Virus genome (UHGV): UHGV-2170436
Source: a virus
DNA length: 35,580 nt
Strand: one strand, 5' to 3'
The notes under the pieces were generated by a model that was given only the letters and a program-made list of their open reading frames with translations, searched no databases and was not told the DNA's origin. Numbering within the stretch: the first letter of the stretch is position 1; the number at the start of each line of letters is the position of its first letter. Positions 1 through 9,497 of this stretch are shown here, in pieces. Made by a program: the position numbers and the translations under genes.

Positions 1-273
1 ATGAACATCGGTAAAGCAATCATCAACTACGCAGCGCGTCGCAACATGGACATTACCTTGATTGACGATGAGACCGTGGCGCTCTGGGAAGCGGATAACG
101 ATTGTGAATGGATGTTCTCCTACATGATTGGTAATGATGGTTTCCTCCACTTTAAAGGCAATGTGTATCTGCCGCAGGATATTAAAGAAGAATTACCAGC
201 GTGCATCGATACAGACAAGAAGCTGAAAGAAGTAATCAACTTTATCGCTAAAGAGTTTATCAGCAAGAAGTAA
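1..273 (+). CDS. hypothetical protein (may be 5'-truncated by window start)
   Basis: ORF from ATG at 1 to TAA at 271-273; no recognisable motif. Confidence 0.4.
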   Translation: MNIGKAIINYAARRNMDITLIDDETVALWEADNDCEWMFSYMIGNDGFLHFKGNVYLPQDIKEELPACIDTDKKLKEVINFIAKEFISKK

Positions 274-311
274 TTTCTAATTTGGCGGGTACTATTCCCG
301 CAGATTTAAAC
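271..311 (+). repeat. Intergenic repeat unit, copy 1 (taatttctaatttgg + hairpin gcggg-N7-cccgc)
   Basis: 15-nt core taatttctaatttgg identical to 713-727, followed by a stem-loop of the same architecture; seen directly. Confidence 0.5.
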
Positions 312-323
312 GGAATACAGACA

Positions 324-722
324 ATGTTCAATATCATGATTCGTAAATTTGGTGAGATGACTTTCGAGAAAGCTGGTGTTGCTCGTACCGAAGAAGAAGC
401 AATGGCCTTAGTTCTGGTAGCACTGAGATCATCACCTGAGATTATCGACGCTGAATATGTAGCCGCAGAAGGTGAGATTAAAGAGATTAAAGCAGTGGCT
501 AAGGAATTAGGTGTTAAAGGTTTCCGTAAGCTGAGATTGAATCGTGAGACTTATGTAATTGGACAGCAAGGACAATACCTAGATGAGAATACCGTGATTG
601 TTCTACTGAATAAGATTACCCGCTACGGTTGGAAGATTGAGCAATATAAAACGTGTTTCGAATTATACGAAAAAAGGTTTGCTGGATACTCTGACCATCG
701 TTCGCGCTTAATTAATTTCTAA
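324..722 (+). CDS. hypothetical protein
   Basis: ORF track begins at a TTG (282); first ATG is at 324 (MFNIMIRKF...). Start is uncertain. Confidence 0.4.
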   Translation: MFNIMIRKFGEMTFEKAGVARTEEEAMALVLVALRSSPEIIDAEYVAAEGEIKEIKAVAKELGVKGFRKLRLNRETYVIGQQGQYLDENTVIVLLNKITRYGWKIEQYKTCFELYEKRFAGYSDHRSRLINF

Positions 723-756
723 TTTGGTGGGTGCAATTCCCACCGCTTTTTAAACT
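713..756 (+). repeat. Intergenic repeat unit, copy 2 (taatttctaatttgg + hairpin ggtggg-N7-cccacc + T-run)
   Basis: Same 15-nt core as 271-285; stem has compensatory base changes relative to copy 1; followed by gcttttt. Confidence 0.5.
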
Positions 757-852
757 GGAGAATCAAACATGTTAGCTTTTATCTCATTCGTGGGAGGTAG
801 TCTCACAACTATGATTAGTCTTTCTTATATTGTCGTTAGTATGGGGTGAGCA

Positions 853-978
853 ATGAAACAATTTCATGATGGCATTTCATCTAAGACATTCAAGAAAGAA
901 TATAGCGGCTTGTGTATTGACTGGATGGATTTGATTGGCGCGGTTGTGTTTGGTCTGATTATTAGTATTAACTTTTAA
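853..978 (+). CDS. small membrane peptide candidate (41 aa, C-terminal hydrophobic helix)
   Basis: ATG at 853 preceded by GGGGTGAG Shine-Dalgarno-like sequence; MKQFHDGISSKTFKKEYSGLCIDWMDLIGAVVFGLIISINF; below ORF-track length cutoff. Confidence 0.3.
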   Translation: MKQFHDGISSKTFKKEYSGLCIDWMDLIGAVVFGLIISINF

Positions 979-1023
979 CGATATAAATATATCGTAATTC
1001 AAACAACAAGAGGAAGTTCTACT

Positions 1024-1437
1024 ATGAAAAAGATTATCGCTGGTGTTGTTCTTGCTCTGGGTTTGGTTGGTGCTGCGAATGCTAATACCTATTATGTGTG
1101 TAATTCCTACTTCGAACATAAAGGAGATGATACACAATATCTTCGTGATGGCGACCGTTATTATCATGCGCCGTCTGGCAAATACCGTGGTTTTATCGGT
1201 GTAAAGGTTCGAGTGAATGATGATAATAGTCAATTTGCTTTCAACGATCCGGTATTTGATAAAACAATCAAAAGCCCAAAACTGAAAGAAGATAAGAACG
1301 AGAAAGAAGAATATTATGGTTCCGAAGATGGTAAATCCTACATCAAATATCTGCATTCTGTAGATGGCGCGCCTATATTTGATGTTAAAAAAGGTGATAC
1401 GTCTTATTCCCTGATTAGCTGCCGTGAAATTCTTTAA
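1024..1437 (+). CDS. secreted protein of unknown function (Sec signal peptide)
   Basis: N-terminus MKKIIAGVVLALGLVGAANA is a typical signal peptide with A-x-A cleavage motif; RBS agaggaag upstream. Confidence 0.6.
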   Translation: MKKIIAGVVLALGLVGAANANTYYVCNSYFEHKGDDTQYLRDGDRYYHAPSGKYRGFIGVKVRVNDDNSQFAFNDPVFDKTIKSPKLKEDKNEKEEYYGSEDGKSYIKYLHSVDGAPIFDVKKGDTSYSLISCREIL

Positions 1438-1451
1438 TCTTTAATCACCTA

Positions 1452-1487
1452 GCCCCTATCGTTATAATACGCGGTAGGGGCGTTTTT
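1452..1487 (+). terminator. Rho-independent terminator candidate
   Basis: Stem gcccct/aggggc with 18-nt loop followed by gtttttgttt, directly after the 1024..1437 gene. Confidence 0.5.
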
Positions 1488-1500
1488 GTTTGGAAATGGT

Positions 1501-3180
1501 ATGAAAACTAAACTGTATTCGTATATTCGCTTCTCGTCTATGCGTCAGAATGATGGTTCGAGTTATGAACGACAAATCAGGATGGCTAGAGAGATTGCGG
1601 TAAAGTATGACCTTGAACTGGTAAATGATTATCAGGATCTGGGTGTATCTGCGTTTAAGGGTGCTAACTCCAAAACAGGGGCGCTATCTCGTTTCCTTGA
1701 TGCAATAGGTAGATCCGTTCCTGTTGGTAGCTGGCTATTCATCGAAAACTTGGACCGTTTATCCCGTGCCGATATTGTCAGTGCGCAGGAGTTATTCCTT
1801 TCAATCATCCGTAGGGGGATAACCATTGTTACTGGCATGGATAACAAGATCTACTCGCTGGATACTGTTACCGCTAACCCGATGGACCTGATGTTCTCCA
1901 TCCTTTTATTCATCCGTGGTAATGAGGAAAGCCAGACTAAGCGCAATCGTACTAACTCAAGCGCACTGATTAAGATTAAAGCTCATCAAGAAAATCCACA
2001 AAATCCGGCTGTTGCAATCGAGGAAATTGGAAAGAATATGTGGTGGACTGATACCACATCTGGTTATGTGCTTCCTCATCCGGTCTTCTTCCCTATTGTT
2101 CAGGAAGTTGTGGAATTACGCAGGAATGGACGGTCAACCGCCGAGATACTGGATCACCTTAACGCGACATACACACCACCACCAGCCGCAAGTCACAAGA
2201 GGCATTCAAACTGGTCACGGGCAATGATTGAAAGGTTGTTCCATACCCGCGCTTTGATTGGTATCAAGGAAATCTCTGTAGATGGCGTTAAGTATGAGTT
2301 AAAGGATTATTATCCTCGTGTGCTAGATGACGCTGAGTTTTATCACCTTAAGAAAAGCATTGGTGTTAGAGCATGTAACTTTGGAGACAAAGAAGAAGTT
2401 AAACCTATTCCCTTGCTTAGTGGTGTTGGTCTATTGAAATGTGAACATTGCGGTTCCGCTATGGTTAAGGTGAAAGGAACAAACAGACGGCCTAACCAAT
2501 ATCGTTATTCATGCGATGCAATGCGCTCTAGTCGTATTGAATGTGTGCATACAAACTGGAGTTTTCGCGGCGACCAATTAGAGAAAGCTGTATTGCAATT
2601 GCTGGCTGATAAAATCTGGATTGCTGAAGATAAGGCTAATCCGGTTCCGGCTTTGAAAGTACAGATTGATGAAATATCACGCAAGATTGATAACCTGATT
2701 ACCCTTTCTGCTATGACAGGAGCAACGAAGGAGCTAGCCGATCAGATTACTACCCTCAATAGCGAGCGTGAAACACTCTACAATCAAATTAAGATGGCAG
2801 AAGAGGAAATGTATTCTGTTGACTCTCAAGGCTGGGAGAAGCTCGCAGAATTTGATTTAGAAGATGTTTACAACGAGGATCGCATTAAGGTCCGGTTTAA
2901 GATTAAGCAAGCTCTAAAACGGATCGGGTGTAGCAGGATTGACAAGTACAAAAACTTGTTTGTACTGGAATACATCGATGGCAAGACCCAGAGAGTTGTA
3001 ATAGAAAATTCAAGAGGACCGAGGAAAGGCCGGATCTTCGTTGATTTGAAGACTATCAATGATAGGCAGATTCTGGAGAGTAACGGGCTTGTTCTGCATC
3101 CATGTTTAGACATGCTGACAGATAAGAACTGGAAACCAGAAGAAGAAATACCAGGTCCATTACAAGAATTTGGAATTTAA
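1501..3180 (+). CDS. large serine recombinase (putative integrase)
   Basis: N-terminal resolvase catalytic motifs (YIRFSSMRQ with nucleophile Ser; ENLDRLSR), central recombinase domain, Cys-rich zinc ribbon (CEHCGS...YSCDAMRSSRIECVH) and coiled coil. ORF track starts at 1486; Met at 1501 gives the canonical MK..Y.R.S N-terminus. Confidence 0.9.
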   Translation: MKTKLYSYIRFSSMRQNDGSSYERQIRMAREIAVKYDLELVNDYQDLGVSAFKGANSKTGALSRFLDAIGRSVPVGSWLFIENLDRLSRADIVSAQELFLSIIRRGITIVTGMDNKIYSLDTVTANPMDLMFSILLFIRGNEESQTKRNRTNSSALIKIKAHQENPQNPAVAIEEIGKNMWWTDTTSGYVLPHPVFFPIVQEVVELRRNGRSTAEILDHLNATYTPPPAASHKRHSNWSRAMIERLFHTRALIGIKEISVDGVKYELKDYYPRVLDDAEFYHLKKSIGVRACNFGDKEEVKPIPLLSGVGLLKCEHCGSAMVKVKGTNRRPNQYRYSCDAMRSSRIECVHTNWSFRGDQLEKAVLQLLADKIWIAEDKANPVPALKVQIDEISRKIDNLITLSAMTGATKELADQITTLNSERETLYNQIKMAEEEMYSVDSQGWEKLAEFDLEDVYNEDRIKVRFKIKQALKRIGCSRIDKYKNLFVLEYIDGKTQRVVIENSRGPRKGRIFVDLKTINDRQILESNGLVLHPCLDMLTDKNWKPEEEIPGPLQEFGI

Positions 3181-3184
3181 GCTA

Positions 3185-3442
3185 ATGAAGATGATTAAGA
3201 TTTTAGGTTTGATTTTATCTATGAATTCTTGCCTGGCATTGGCAACCGTAGACCAAGAAATGCGTAGACCGCTAACCTATAGAGAAGATGCTTTCATTGA
3301 TGGAGCACATAAGACATTGAAATTGCTATGTCAAAAGACCACCAGTAATTACGGTGAATACAGAAAATGTTATGAGGAATCACTAGACATTTATTCTGAT
3401 GAGGTGAGAAAGATTTTCATAGAACAAGAAAATAAATCATAG
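3185..3442 (+). CDS. small secreted or lipoprotein-like protein
   Basis: MKMIKILGLILSMNSCLALA... hydrophobic signal with Cys; ORF track start at 3170 is a TTG inside the recombinase 3' end, first ATG is at 3185. Confidence 0.4.
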   Translation: MKMIKILGLILSMNSCLALATVDQEMRRPLTYREDAFIDGAHKTLKLLCQKTTSNYGEYRKCYEESLDIYSDEVRKIFIEQENKS

Positions 3443-3478
3443 GCGGCCTAAATCGCCGTATAACGAACCAAACGCTTT

Positions 3479-3509
3479 AAGGGGTACATCCGTACCCCTT
3501 TTTAATTTA
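3479..3509 (+). terminator. Rho-independent terminator
   Basis: aaggggtac-atcc-gtacccctt hairpin followed by ttttaattt. Confidence 0.65.
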
Positions 3510-3524
3510 ATTGCGTTAGAGAGT

Positions 3525-3722
3525 CTATAATTGGCTTAAATCAAGCTCTAGGTCTTCCGGTTCTTTCATTACTTCAACCAGAGACGGATCTACTTCGTCA
3601 AAAACGACTTTATCGTCTGCGGTATATTTGTCTATAATGAAAAAATAGTCAGAAATATAGCTAACGTCGCCAGCATATTCTAACAAAAAAGCGCCCACCA
3701 GAGGCGCTTTTGTTTTATCCAT
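3525..3722 (-). CDS. hypothetical acidic protein (last gene of late/lysis operon)
   Basis: ORF overlaps the endolysin stop by 8 nt; no recognisable motif. Confidence 0.4.
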   Translation of the reverse strand: MDKTKAPLVGAFLLEYAGDVSYISDYFFIIDKYTADDKVVFDEVDPSLVEVMKEPEDLELDLSQL

Positions 3723-4068
3723 TCCACCGTGATTTTTTTGATCTGGAATCGATATGCGTAAATGTTTTATATTTTCCTAAGCCGTATTGAGTAGGATATT
3801 TCCCATCAAGATAAGCATGAACAATATCAGGTGAGACACCCTTGATAACAATGTCAGCCGCACGGCCTCGAACGTGATAGCTATTGGCTGCCCCGCCTAC
3901 ATTCTTGTTATGAGTCGGGCAACGGTTGCCACTGTTAATAATCACTGGTTTACCGAAGTGCTCTCGTACATCCTCAAGAATTACCAGTAATTCAGCGTCG
4001 ATTGTATCATAATCACATTTTCCGCATTTACATTTAAATTCCTTGCGAGAAAAATGTTTGCTTAACAT
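3715..4068 (-). CDS. endolysin, peptidase M15-type (zinc cell-wall peptidase)
   Basis: Motifs SGNRCPTHNKNVGG, SYHVRGRAADI and FTHID match the His/Asp zinc-binding signature of the M15 peptidase family; position at the end of the late operon. Confidence 0.75.
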   Translation of the reverse strand: MLSKHFSRKEFKCKCGKCDYDTIDAELLVILEDVREHFGKPVIINSGNRCPTHNKNVGGAANSYHVRGRAADIVIKGVSPDIVHAYLDGKYPTQYGLGKYKTFTHIDSRSKKSRWNG

Positions 4069-4077
4069 ATTACCCCC

Positions 4078-4425
4078 TTAGATCATTTCGAAGATATAAC
4101 CAATAAAGCGCATACCCTTGATATAATAAGGAGCAGTGCCTACACACACCGCGCGTGCATCGCCCAGACAATTAAAGCTATAAGGATTAACTACATCGAC
4201 TTCTTGCTCGACACGAAAACGATACTTAGGACGTTTAGCCAATGTAGCGACACAAAACACGGTCCCCTTTTCATGGTCACGGATACATTCTTTATATTGT
4301 TTATGTTTAACTCTCTTCGCCTCAAAATCATAAGTCATTGATTCTGGACTAATGCCATTAATAAAAATACCGGAAAGCTGATCGACCGGATAAGTAGGAA
4401 ATTCAGTGAAAATATTTTTAGCCAT
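4078..4425 (-). CDS. hypothetical protein (lysis-region gene)
   Basis: ORF with ATG start; no recognisable motif. Confidence 0.4.
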   Translation of the reverse strand: MAKNIFTEFPTYPVDQLSGIFINGISPESMTYDFEAKRVKHKQYKECIRDHEKGTVFCVATLAKRPKYRFRVEQEVDVVNPYSFNCLGDARAVCVGTAPYYIKGMRFIGYIFEMI

Positions 4426-4463
4426 GTTATACCCCCATAAGATTCTATGAGGGTATTTATGGA

Positions 4464-5147
4464 TTAAACGTATCTCATGCGCGATTTAATGTGCTTATTA
4501 ATGTTCTTAAGCATCATTTCCTCGTTGCTTTCCCACGATCCTAGCGTCGAATAACGAGTAGAAATTTTATCCGACTTAACGGCAACAATTCGCTTACTCT
4601 GTTTCTGGATGCGTTTCTCTAAGCGACGTTTTGCCACCGCCGATCCATTCCTAGCGCGTTTGGTTCGGGATTTCTTAGGCTTGTACTTCTTCATGATAAA
4701 AGTTCCTTCCTTGTTTTCTACCTTGATGAAGTTGCCGTTTTCGATGTTACGCATCATCTTACCGCCTTTGATGGCCTTAATGTTCCCGTGGGCGTCTAAG
4801 ACCTTACCGTTAGCGATTGGCACTAGCTTATTGATTTTGCCACCATCGAAATAGTGTTTCAGATAGTCATCCTGACTGCCGATCTTCTTGTCCTTATCCC
4901 TTGCGCCCTTGATGAAGATTTGGTGTCTCGTCCCTGATCGGTTCTTGTAGTTGGTATTACCTACAGCTTGTTGAGTCCATCGAGTAGGTCTATCAACATT
5001 CTTGTTAATCTTCTTCTGGAGTGCTCTGGAAGCAAAGATCGCCCCTTCCCCTAGTGCCCTTTCGAATGTATCGGTTGCCTTTTCAGACCATTGCCGTAAC
5101 GCTTTCTTAGTCCTTAGAGCGTTTCGTTTATTGGTACTGGTTGCCAT
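4464..5147 (-). CDS. hypothetical highly basic protein
   Basis: Lys/Arg-rich 227-aa ORF; function not inferable. Confidence 0.4.
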   Translation of the reverse strand: MATSTNKRNALRTKKALRQWSEKATDTFERALGEGAIFASRALQKKINKNVDRPTRWTQQAVGNTNYKNRSGTRHQIFIKGARDKDKKIGSQDDYLKHYFDGGKINKLVPIANGKVLDAHGNIKAIKGGKMMRNIENGNFIKVENKEGTFIMKKYKPKKSRTKRARNGSAVAKRRLEKRIQKQSKRIVAVKSDKISTRYSTLGSWESNEEMMLKNINKHIKSRMRYV

Positions 5148-5148
5148 G

Positions 5149-5319
5149 TTAGCCCCCTAATAACGAAAAGACCCCCGCCAGTGTCCTTAGCAATTGTTCA
5201 TCCACGGTCATAGCCGGGAGTTCAAGCCCAAAGGACGTTAGCAGAGGTCTAATAGCTACGTTATAAGTGAGGGCGACAATCAAGAGATAACCAAAATATT
5301 TCTTAAGTTTATTCTTCAT
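5149..5319 (-). CDS. small membrane protein (56 aa), holin-like candidate
   Basis: ATG at 5319 with AAGGGGTG RBS; single hydrophobic helix YFGYLLIVALTYNVAI; stop abuts the start of the 4464..5147 gene. Below ORF-track cutoff. Confidence 0.35.
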   Translation of the reverse strand: MKNKLKKYFGYLLIVALTYNVAIRPLLTSFGLELPAMTVDEQLLRTLAGVFSLLGG

Positions 5320-5337
5320 ATATTCACCCCTTTATTA

Positions 5338-5616
5338 TTATTTTTGTTTGAGTATGTCGAGAACTTGGTCAAATTTAGCATCCATCGCAACCACTTTCTT
5401 CTCTATACCGTGTAGTGTTTGTTCCATTTGGTAAACACGTTCAGCAATCTGAGTATGGTTATTCTGCATCGTCTCAAACTTCTGGTTTAACAATGCGTCG
5501 CTGGATTCCAATTTAGATAACCTATTTTCAGTTGCTAATTGATTTCGGTGAAGTCTCCAAAGACCACCGCAAATTAAGGCGATAACACCGATACCGCCAT
5601 ATATAATTTCAGTCAT
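5338..5616 (-). CDS. membrane-anchored coiled-coil protein (holin or i-spanin-like)
   Basis: N-terminal transmembrane helix IIYGGIGVIALICGGLW followed by heptad-like coiled coil; first gene after the J-like gene terminator. Confidence 0.4.
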   Translation of the reverse strand: MTEIIYGGIGVIALICGGLWRLHRNQLATENRLSKLESSDALLNQKFETMQNNHTQIAERVYQMEQTLHGIEKKVVAMDAKFDQVLDILKQK

Positions 5617-5654
5617 TACGCCCCCGATATTTTTATAATTTCATGGCAGAATTA

Positions 5655-5701
5655 TTTAGATAAAAATAATCCCGCCTAACTCAAAAGAATTAAGCGGGAT
5701 T
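5655..5701 (-). terminator. terminator candidate after J-like gene
   Basis: 8-bp stem aatcccgc/gcgggatt (5668-5675 / 5694-5701) followed on the minus strand by a T-rich run. Confidence 0.5.
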
Positions 5702-5720
5702 AATTATTAAAATTAAATTT

Positions 5721-8700
5721 TTAAGAAACAGTAATACCCGTAGTAGCTTTTTTAGTTACCATTACAGTTAAATCACTGATCCATGTGCTAGGCGTCCAGT
5801 TGTTGATTGCGCTTGATTGCACTTCAAAGGTCAAGGTCACAGCACCTTTACCCGCTGGCATATCAATAACACCTGAGTAAAGACCAGTATTACCGCCATA
5901 CGCCCTATTATACAACTCTGACCCATTCTTACGAACAATCAGGCGACAGGTGTCGTAATAGGTATTATTGTTCGACCCTTCACGCGCTCGCAATCCACCA
6001 AAACTAATTGCCGGAATAACGATTTGACGATCGAACTTGTGATCATCTTCAACGCGAACGGTTACTGTACCTTGCGGATAGCCACCATAACCATTATCAA
6101 CGTTAACATCACGGTGTGGGAACTTACGACCAATCACCTTAACGAAATCACCCTTAACCTGAGTAGCTTCAAGCATACCCTTAATAACACAGCTAGAGTT
6201 AATCGTGACGTTGTTCAGAGTACCGGAATCAGCCGTGATATTACCTTTAACGGTAGCGTTCATGAACGTAGCACTACCGTTCTTATTGATATGCCATCCG
6301 GTAGATCCGTTCCAGTTGGAAGACTGGATATAGTTACCGATTTTAGCGTTATCAATTGCGCCATTTACAATCTTGGCGTTGGTGATCGCGCCGTCTTGGA
6401 TTTTCGCTGAATTGATCGCAGCATTGCCAATTTTAGCCGTGGTGATACTAGCATCAGTAATCTGTGCTGATCCGATTGAGGCATTACGAATCATCGCATT
6501 ATCGAGATAAACCTTGTTACCTTCGATACCAAACGGGCAAACATCGGTCCCGTTCTGCGGAGCTACAGCAATTTTATCAGCCGTAAAGATGATTTTAGTC
6601 GGTTGTGCCGGATCGTTAGTTGCGCTCATGTGAATGCCAGCCACGCGACCATCTGCATTAACTGCTAGATTGTATTTGCTGTTAATGGTTCCCTTCAAAG
6701 CATCGATCTTAACGTCCGCTTCCTGATTCACACCAGCAATCTTGCCATCCATTTCTACCCGAACTTGGTCAATCTTACTTGCGCTTGCTGCTTCACTGGT
6801 AGCAATAGCTTGTTTCAGGGTTGTAGCGGAGGCGCTAACTTCTTTGGTGATATCGCCTTTCAGTTCAGCTTTAACCTGATCAATCTTAGTTGAACTTGCC
6901 TTATCACCAGAAGCAATCAGACTCTTTAAGGTATCGGCTGAGGCTTGAACAGTTTTACCCGTCTCGGTAGTGATTTGCTTATGCATTGCATCAATTTTAG
7001 CATCGGCATTAGCGCCAGCTTGAGCAATAGCATCAGCGATGGTTTCATCTAAGCGATCTTGTAAACCAATCAGGTCTTCCAGTGCTTCTTTGTCCTGATC
7101 GTCCCAGCTAATGGTAGATTTCATTTGCATGAAATACGGTTCAGACCAAACAGCATCATCCATACCGAAAATATCGTAGTGAGCACCACGGATATAATAA
7201 TCACCGTCAGCAATATCAAAGGAAGTATGGCTAACACTATTCGTGCTTACTGCCCTTGCATCTGAGAAAGTGTTGTCGGTTGCATACTGGATGATTGACC
7301 CTGCATAGTCATGTTCTACGTCATCCGCCCAGCTAACAAACGCAGTATTAAAGCCACCACGCGCACTAAAACCTTTCATTGGCTTATGTTGTGGGTTGAT
7401 AGCCACTAAACGCGCTGGGGCGCTCTCTGAGTTGTTATAGCCCTTAGCTGATACTTCTACCGTCAGTTGACGCGAAAGGCCGTTAAACTGGTTCATATCA
7501 AGCGTATAAGTCCATGATTCAGGATCGCGGGTACGGTACTGAATAGACTTACCAGCCTTGTTAGTCACCTTGATAATGTATGCTTCAAACAGGTCACTAA
7601 ACTTGTTAGTTTCACCGTTGATCATCACATCTAATTGTTGCTGGTTTTCCCATTCGATAATCAGATCATTACCTTCGAAAGTTCCTGGCGTGCTACCCTG
7701 ATTTTTGATTCGAATAACCGGAGTCGGCAATTCATAGGTAACGGTAGGATTCTGGTTAACCAGTTCTACCCAATCGGATCGCGCGATGATACCGAAAGCA
7801 CAAACTCGGTAATCGTAGGAACGATCTTTTGCCAGTGCATTGACACTGAAAATTTGCTGTGAAGTCTGTCCCAACTTAATCCAGTTAGGTGATCCGCTTA
7901 CACGGTAATCAATCTGGAAGCCGTAGCGGTTAAAATCTTCCGGTGCATCCCATGTCAAAGTAACGTTTTTACCGTAAATCGTCTCGCCAGTTGCCTTAAT
8001 TCTGAAATTAGTAGGCTTCTGTACTGTCATTGAATCCGGTAAACCACTTGGTCTATTGTCTGGAGTTGCCGCATAGTTCAGGTCAGTATAAACCTGAGAA
8101 TTATATTCTGTAGCGGTGATAGTCATCATCCCAGCAATACCAGAATCAATAGAACGATCAATTGCGGTAATACGCCAAAGTGAATTATTCAGTTTCAATT
8201 CATCATAGGTTACGCTGATAACGTCCCAAACTTCGGCAGTGAATGCGTCAGTAGTCATAAAGCTGATAACCTGAGTGATACGAGATTTATTTCGTTCTAC
8301 ACTCGCAAGTTTATCAATCTGGGCTTTAGACTTAACAAAACGATATTCAATATCTTTAGCGATAATTCGACCATCTTGACGAATAGTAGCATCGTTTTCA
8401 GCATCAGCCGGATAACGTAGCATTTGCTCGGAATAGTCAATTGATGGTTCCTGATACATCGCGTTAATGGTATTGAAATAACCGTTAGTGCCACCTGTTT
8501 TCAGTGATACCTTACCCATCATGATATTGTCTTCATTGAAGGTATGCTTAACAATATCAGGAGCATCCAGTTTCAGGGTAATTCTTCCGAAGGATTCGAA
8601 CATCACCCCGCCGAAAGTCTGCATAAGGCTAGTTAAGTTCTCTTTAAAGCTGGCGTTCGGATCACATGCACCGTTTGAATGCAAATCCATCTGGCGTACT

Positions 8701-9497
8701 TGCTTACGTACTTTCAGGAATGAATCAACGTTAATGTTTTCAATTGGTACGGATAAGCCATATTTTTCATTTGTTAGGTAGTGGAAAATCTGGTCCACGC
8801 CGTTAGTGCTAGCCTCAATAGCATTGGTTTCAAGGTTACGAATCTTTAAGCCCATAACATCGACTGCCACTTGGCTATTTGGTTGAAGGATATCAACACC
8901 AGCAGCAAGAGATTTGTCATCACGACGTAACACAATACACATGGTTGCAATGCCGTTACCCTTGTAAGCATCGGTCCAGTCTGAGCCTAAATGCTGTTTT
9001 GCCAGTGACAAAGCGGTGTTAGGATTCTTACCCGTGCGGAACTCAACCTCCAACACTTTCCGGTATTCTTCTTTAATGTTGCCCTTATCGAGAATGCCAT
9101 CACGGATCGTCATGTTCTTACCAACAAGAACATTTTTATTATCGATAAACAGTGCTTTGTAGTGGTCGATTTCACCCTCTGCTACAGCGAAGATTTGCAC
9201 TAACTTATTGTTTTCTCTTTTAGAAATTGCTTTGTAAACGCAGTTTGTACCAGTACGGGTAACACCGAAAAGAACGGGTAATACTGTCTTCGGATCGTTT
9301 GATGTTCCTAGTGTCACCGCATTATCTGGGCTTTGTACTTTAGGTGTTTTTGGTGCGCCTACAGTGGAAGCGATCAAGGTCATTGCACCAGCAGCCATAC
9401 CGATAGCGACTGCGGTCATAACAGAAAATGTTGCGGCTGCCGCCATCCCCGCCGAAGCACCAGCGATCACCGCGCCTACCAATATTTCAAATCCCAT
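5721..9497 (-). CDS. central tail fibre / host specificity protein (lambda J-like C-terminal receptor-binding domain)
   Basis: C-terminal ~170 aa closely parallel the lambda J receptor-binding end as I recall it (SGTLNNVTINSSC..., VEDDHKFDRQIVIP..., IDMPAGKGAVTLTF..., MVTKKATTGITV); size 1258 aa; position after M/L/K-like genes. Confidence 0.85.
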   Translation of the reverse strand: MGFEILVGAVIAGASAGMAAAATFSVMTAVAIGMAAGAMTLIASTVGAPKTPKVQSPDNAVTLGTSNDPKTVLPVLFGVTRTGTNCVYKAISKRENNKLVQIFAVAEGEIDHYKALFIDNKNVLVGKNMTIRDGILDKGNIKEEYRKVLEVEFRTGKNPNTALSLAKQHLGSDWTDAYKGNGIATMCIVLRRDDKSLAAGVDILQPNSQVAVDVMGLKIRNLETNAIEASTNGVDQIFHYLTNEKYGLSVPIENINVDSFLKVRKQVRQMDLHSNGACDPNASFKENLTSLMQTFGGVMFESFGRITLKLDAPDIVKHTFNEDNIMMGKVSLKTGGTNGYFNTINAMYQEPSIDYSEQMLRYPADAENDATIRQDGRIIAKDIEYRFVKSKAQIDKLASVERNKSRITQVISFMTTDAFTAEVWDVISVTYDELKLNNSLWRITAIDRSIDSGIAGMMTITATEYNSQVYTDLNYAATPDNRPSGLPDSMTVQKPTNFRIKATGETIYGKNVTLTWDAPEDFNRYGFQIDYRVSGSPNWIKLGQTSQQIFSVNALAKDRSYDYRVCAFGIIARSDWVELVNQNPTVTYELPTPVIRIKNQGSTPGTFEGNDLIIEWENQQQLDVMINGETNKFSDLFEAYIIKVTNKAGKSIQYRTRDPESWTYTLDMNQFNGLSRQLTVEVSAKGYNNSESAPARLVAINPQHKPMKGFSARGGFNTAFVSWADDVEHDYAGSIIQYATDNTFSDARAVSTNSVSHTSFDIADGDYYIRGAHYDIFGMDDAVWSEPYFMQMKSTISWDDQDKEALEDLIGLQDRLDETIADAIAQAGANADAKIDAMHKQITTETGKTVQASADTLKSLIASGDKASSTKIDQVKAELKGDITKEVSASATTLKQAIATSEAASASKIDQVRVEMDGKIAGVNQEADVKIDALKGTINSKYNLAVNADGRVAGIHMSATNDPAQPTKIIFTADKIAVAPQNGTDVCPFGIEGNKVYLDNAMIRNASIGSAQITDASITTAKIGNAAINSAKIQDGAITNAKIVNGAIDNAKIGNYIQSSNWNGSTGWHINKNGSATFMNATVKGNITADSGTLNNVTINSSCVIKGMLEATQVKGDFVKVIGRKFPHRDVNVDNGYGGYPQGTVTVRVEDDHKFDRQIVIPAISFGGLRAREGSNNNTYYDTCRLIVRKNGSELYNRAYGGNTGLYSGVIDMPAGKGAVTLTFEVQSSAINNWTPSTWISDLTVMVTKKATTGITVS

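Noticed and set aside
877-1356. 159-aa minus-strand ORF
   Set aside because: Overlaps the well-supported plus-strand signal-peptide gene 1024..1437; low-complexity translation and no RBS. Treated as a shadow ORF.
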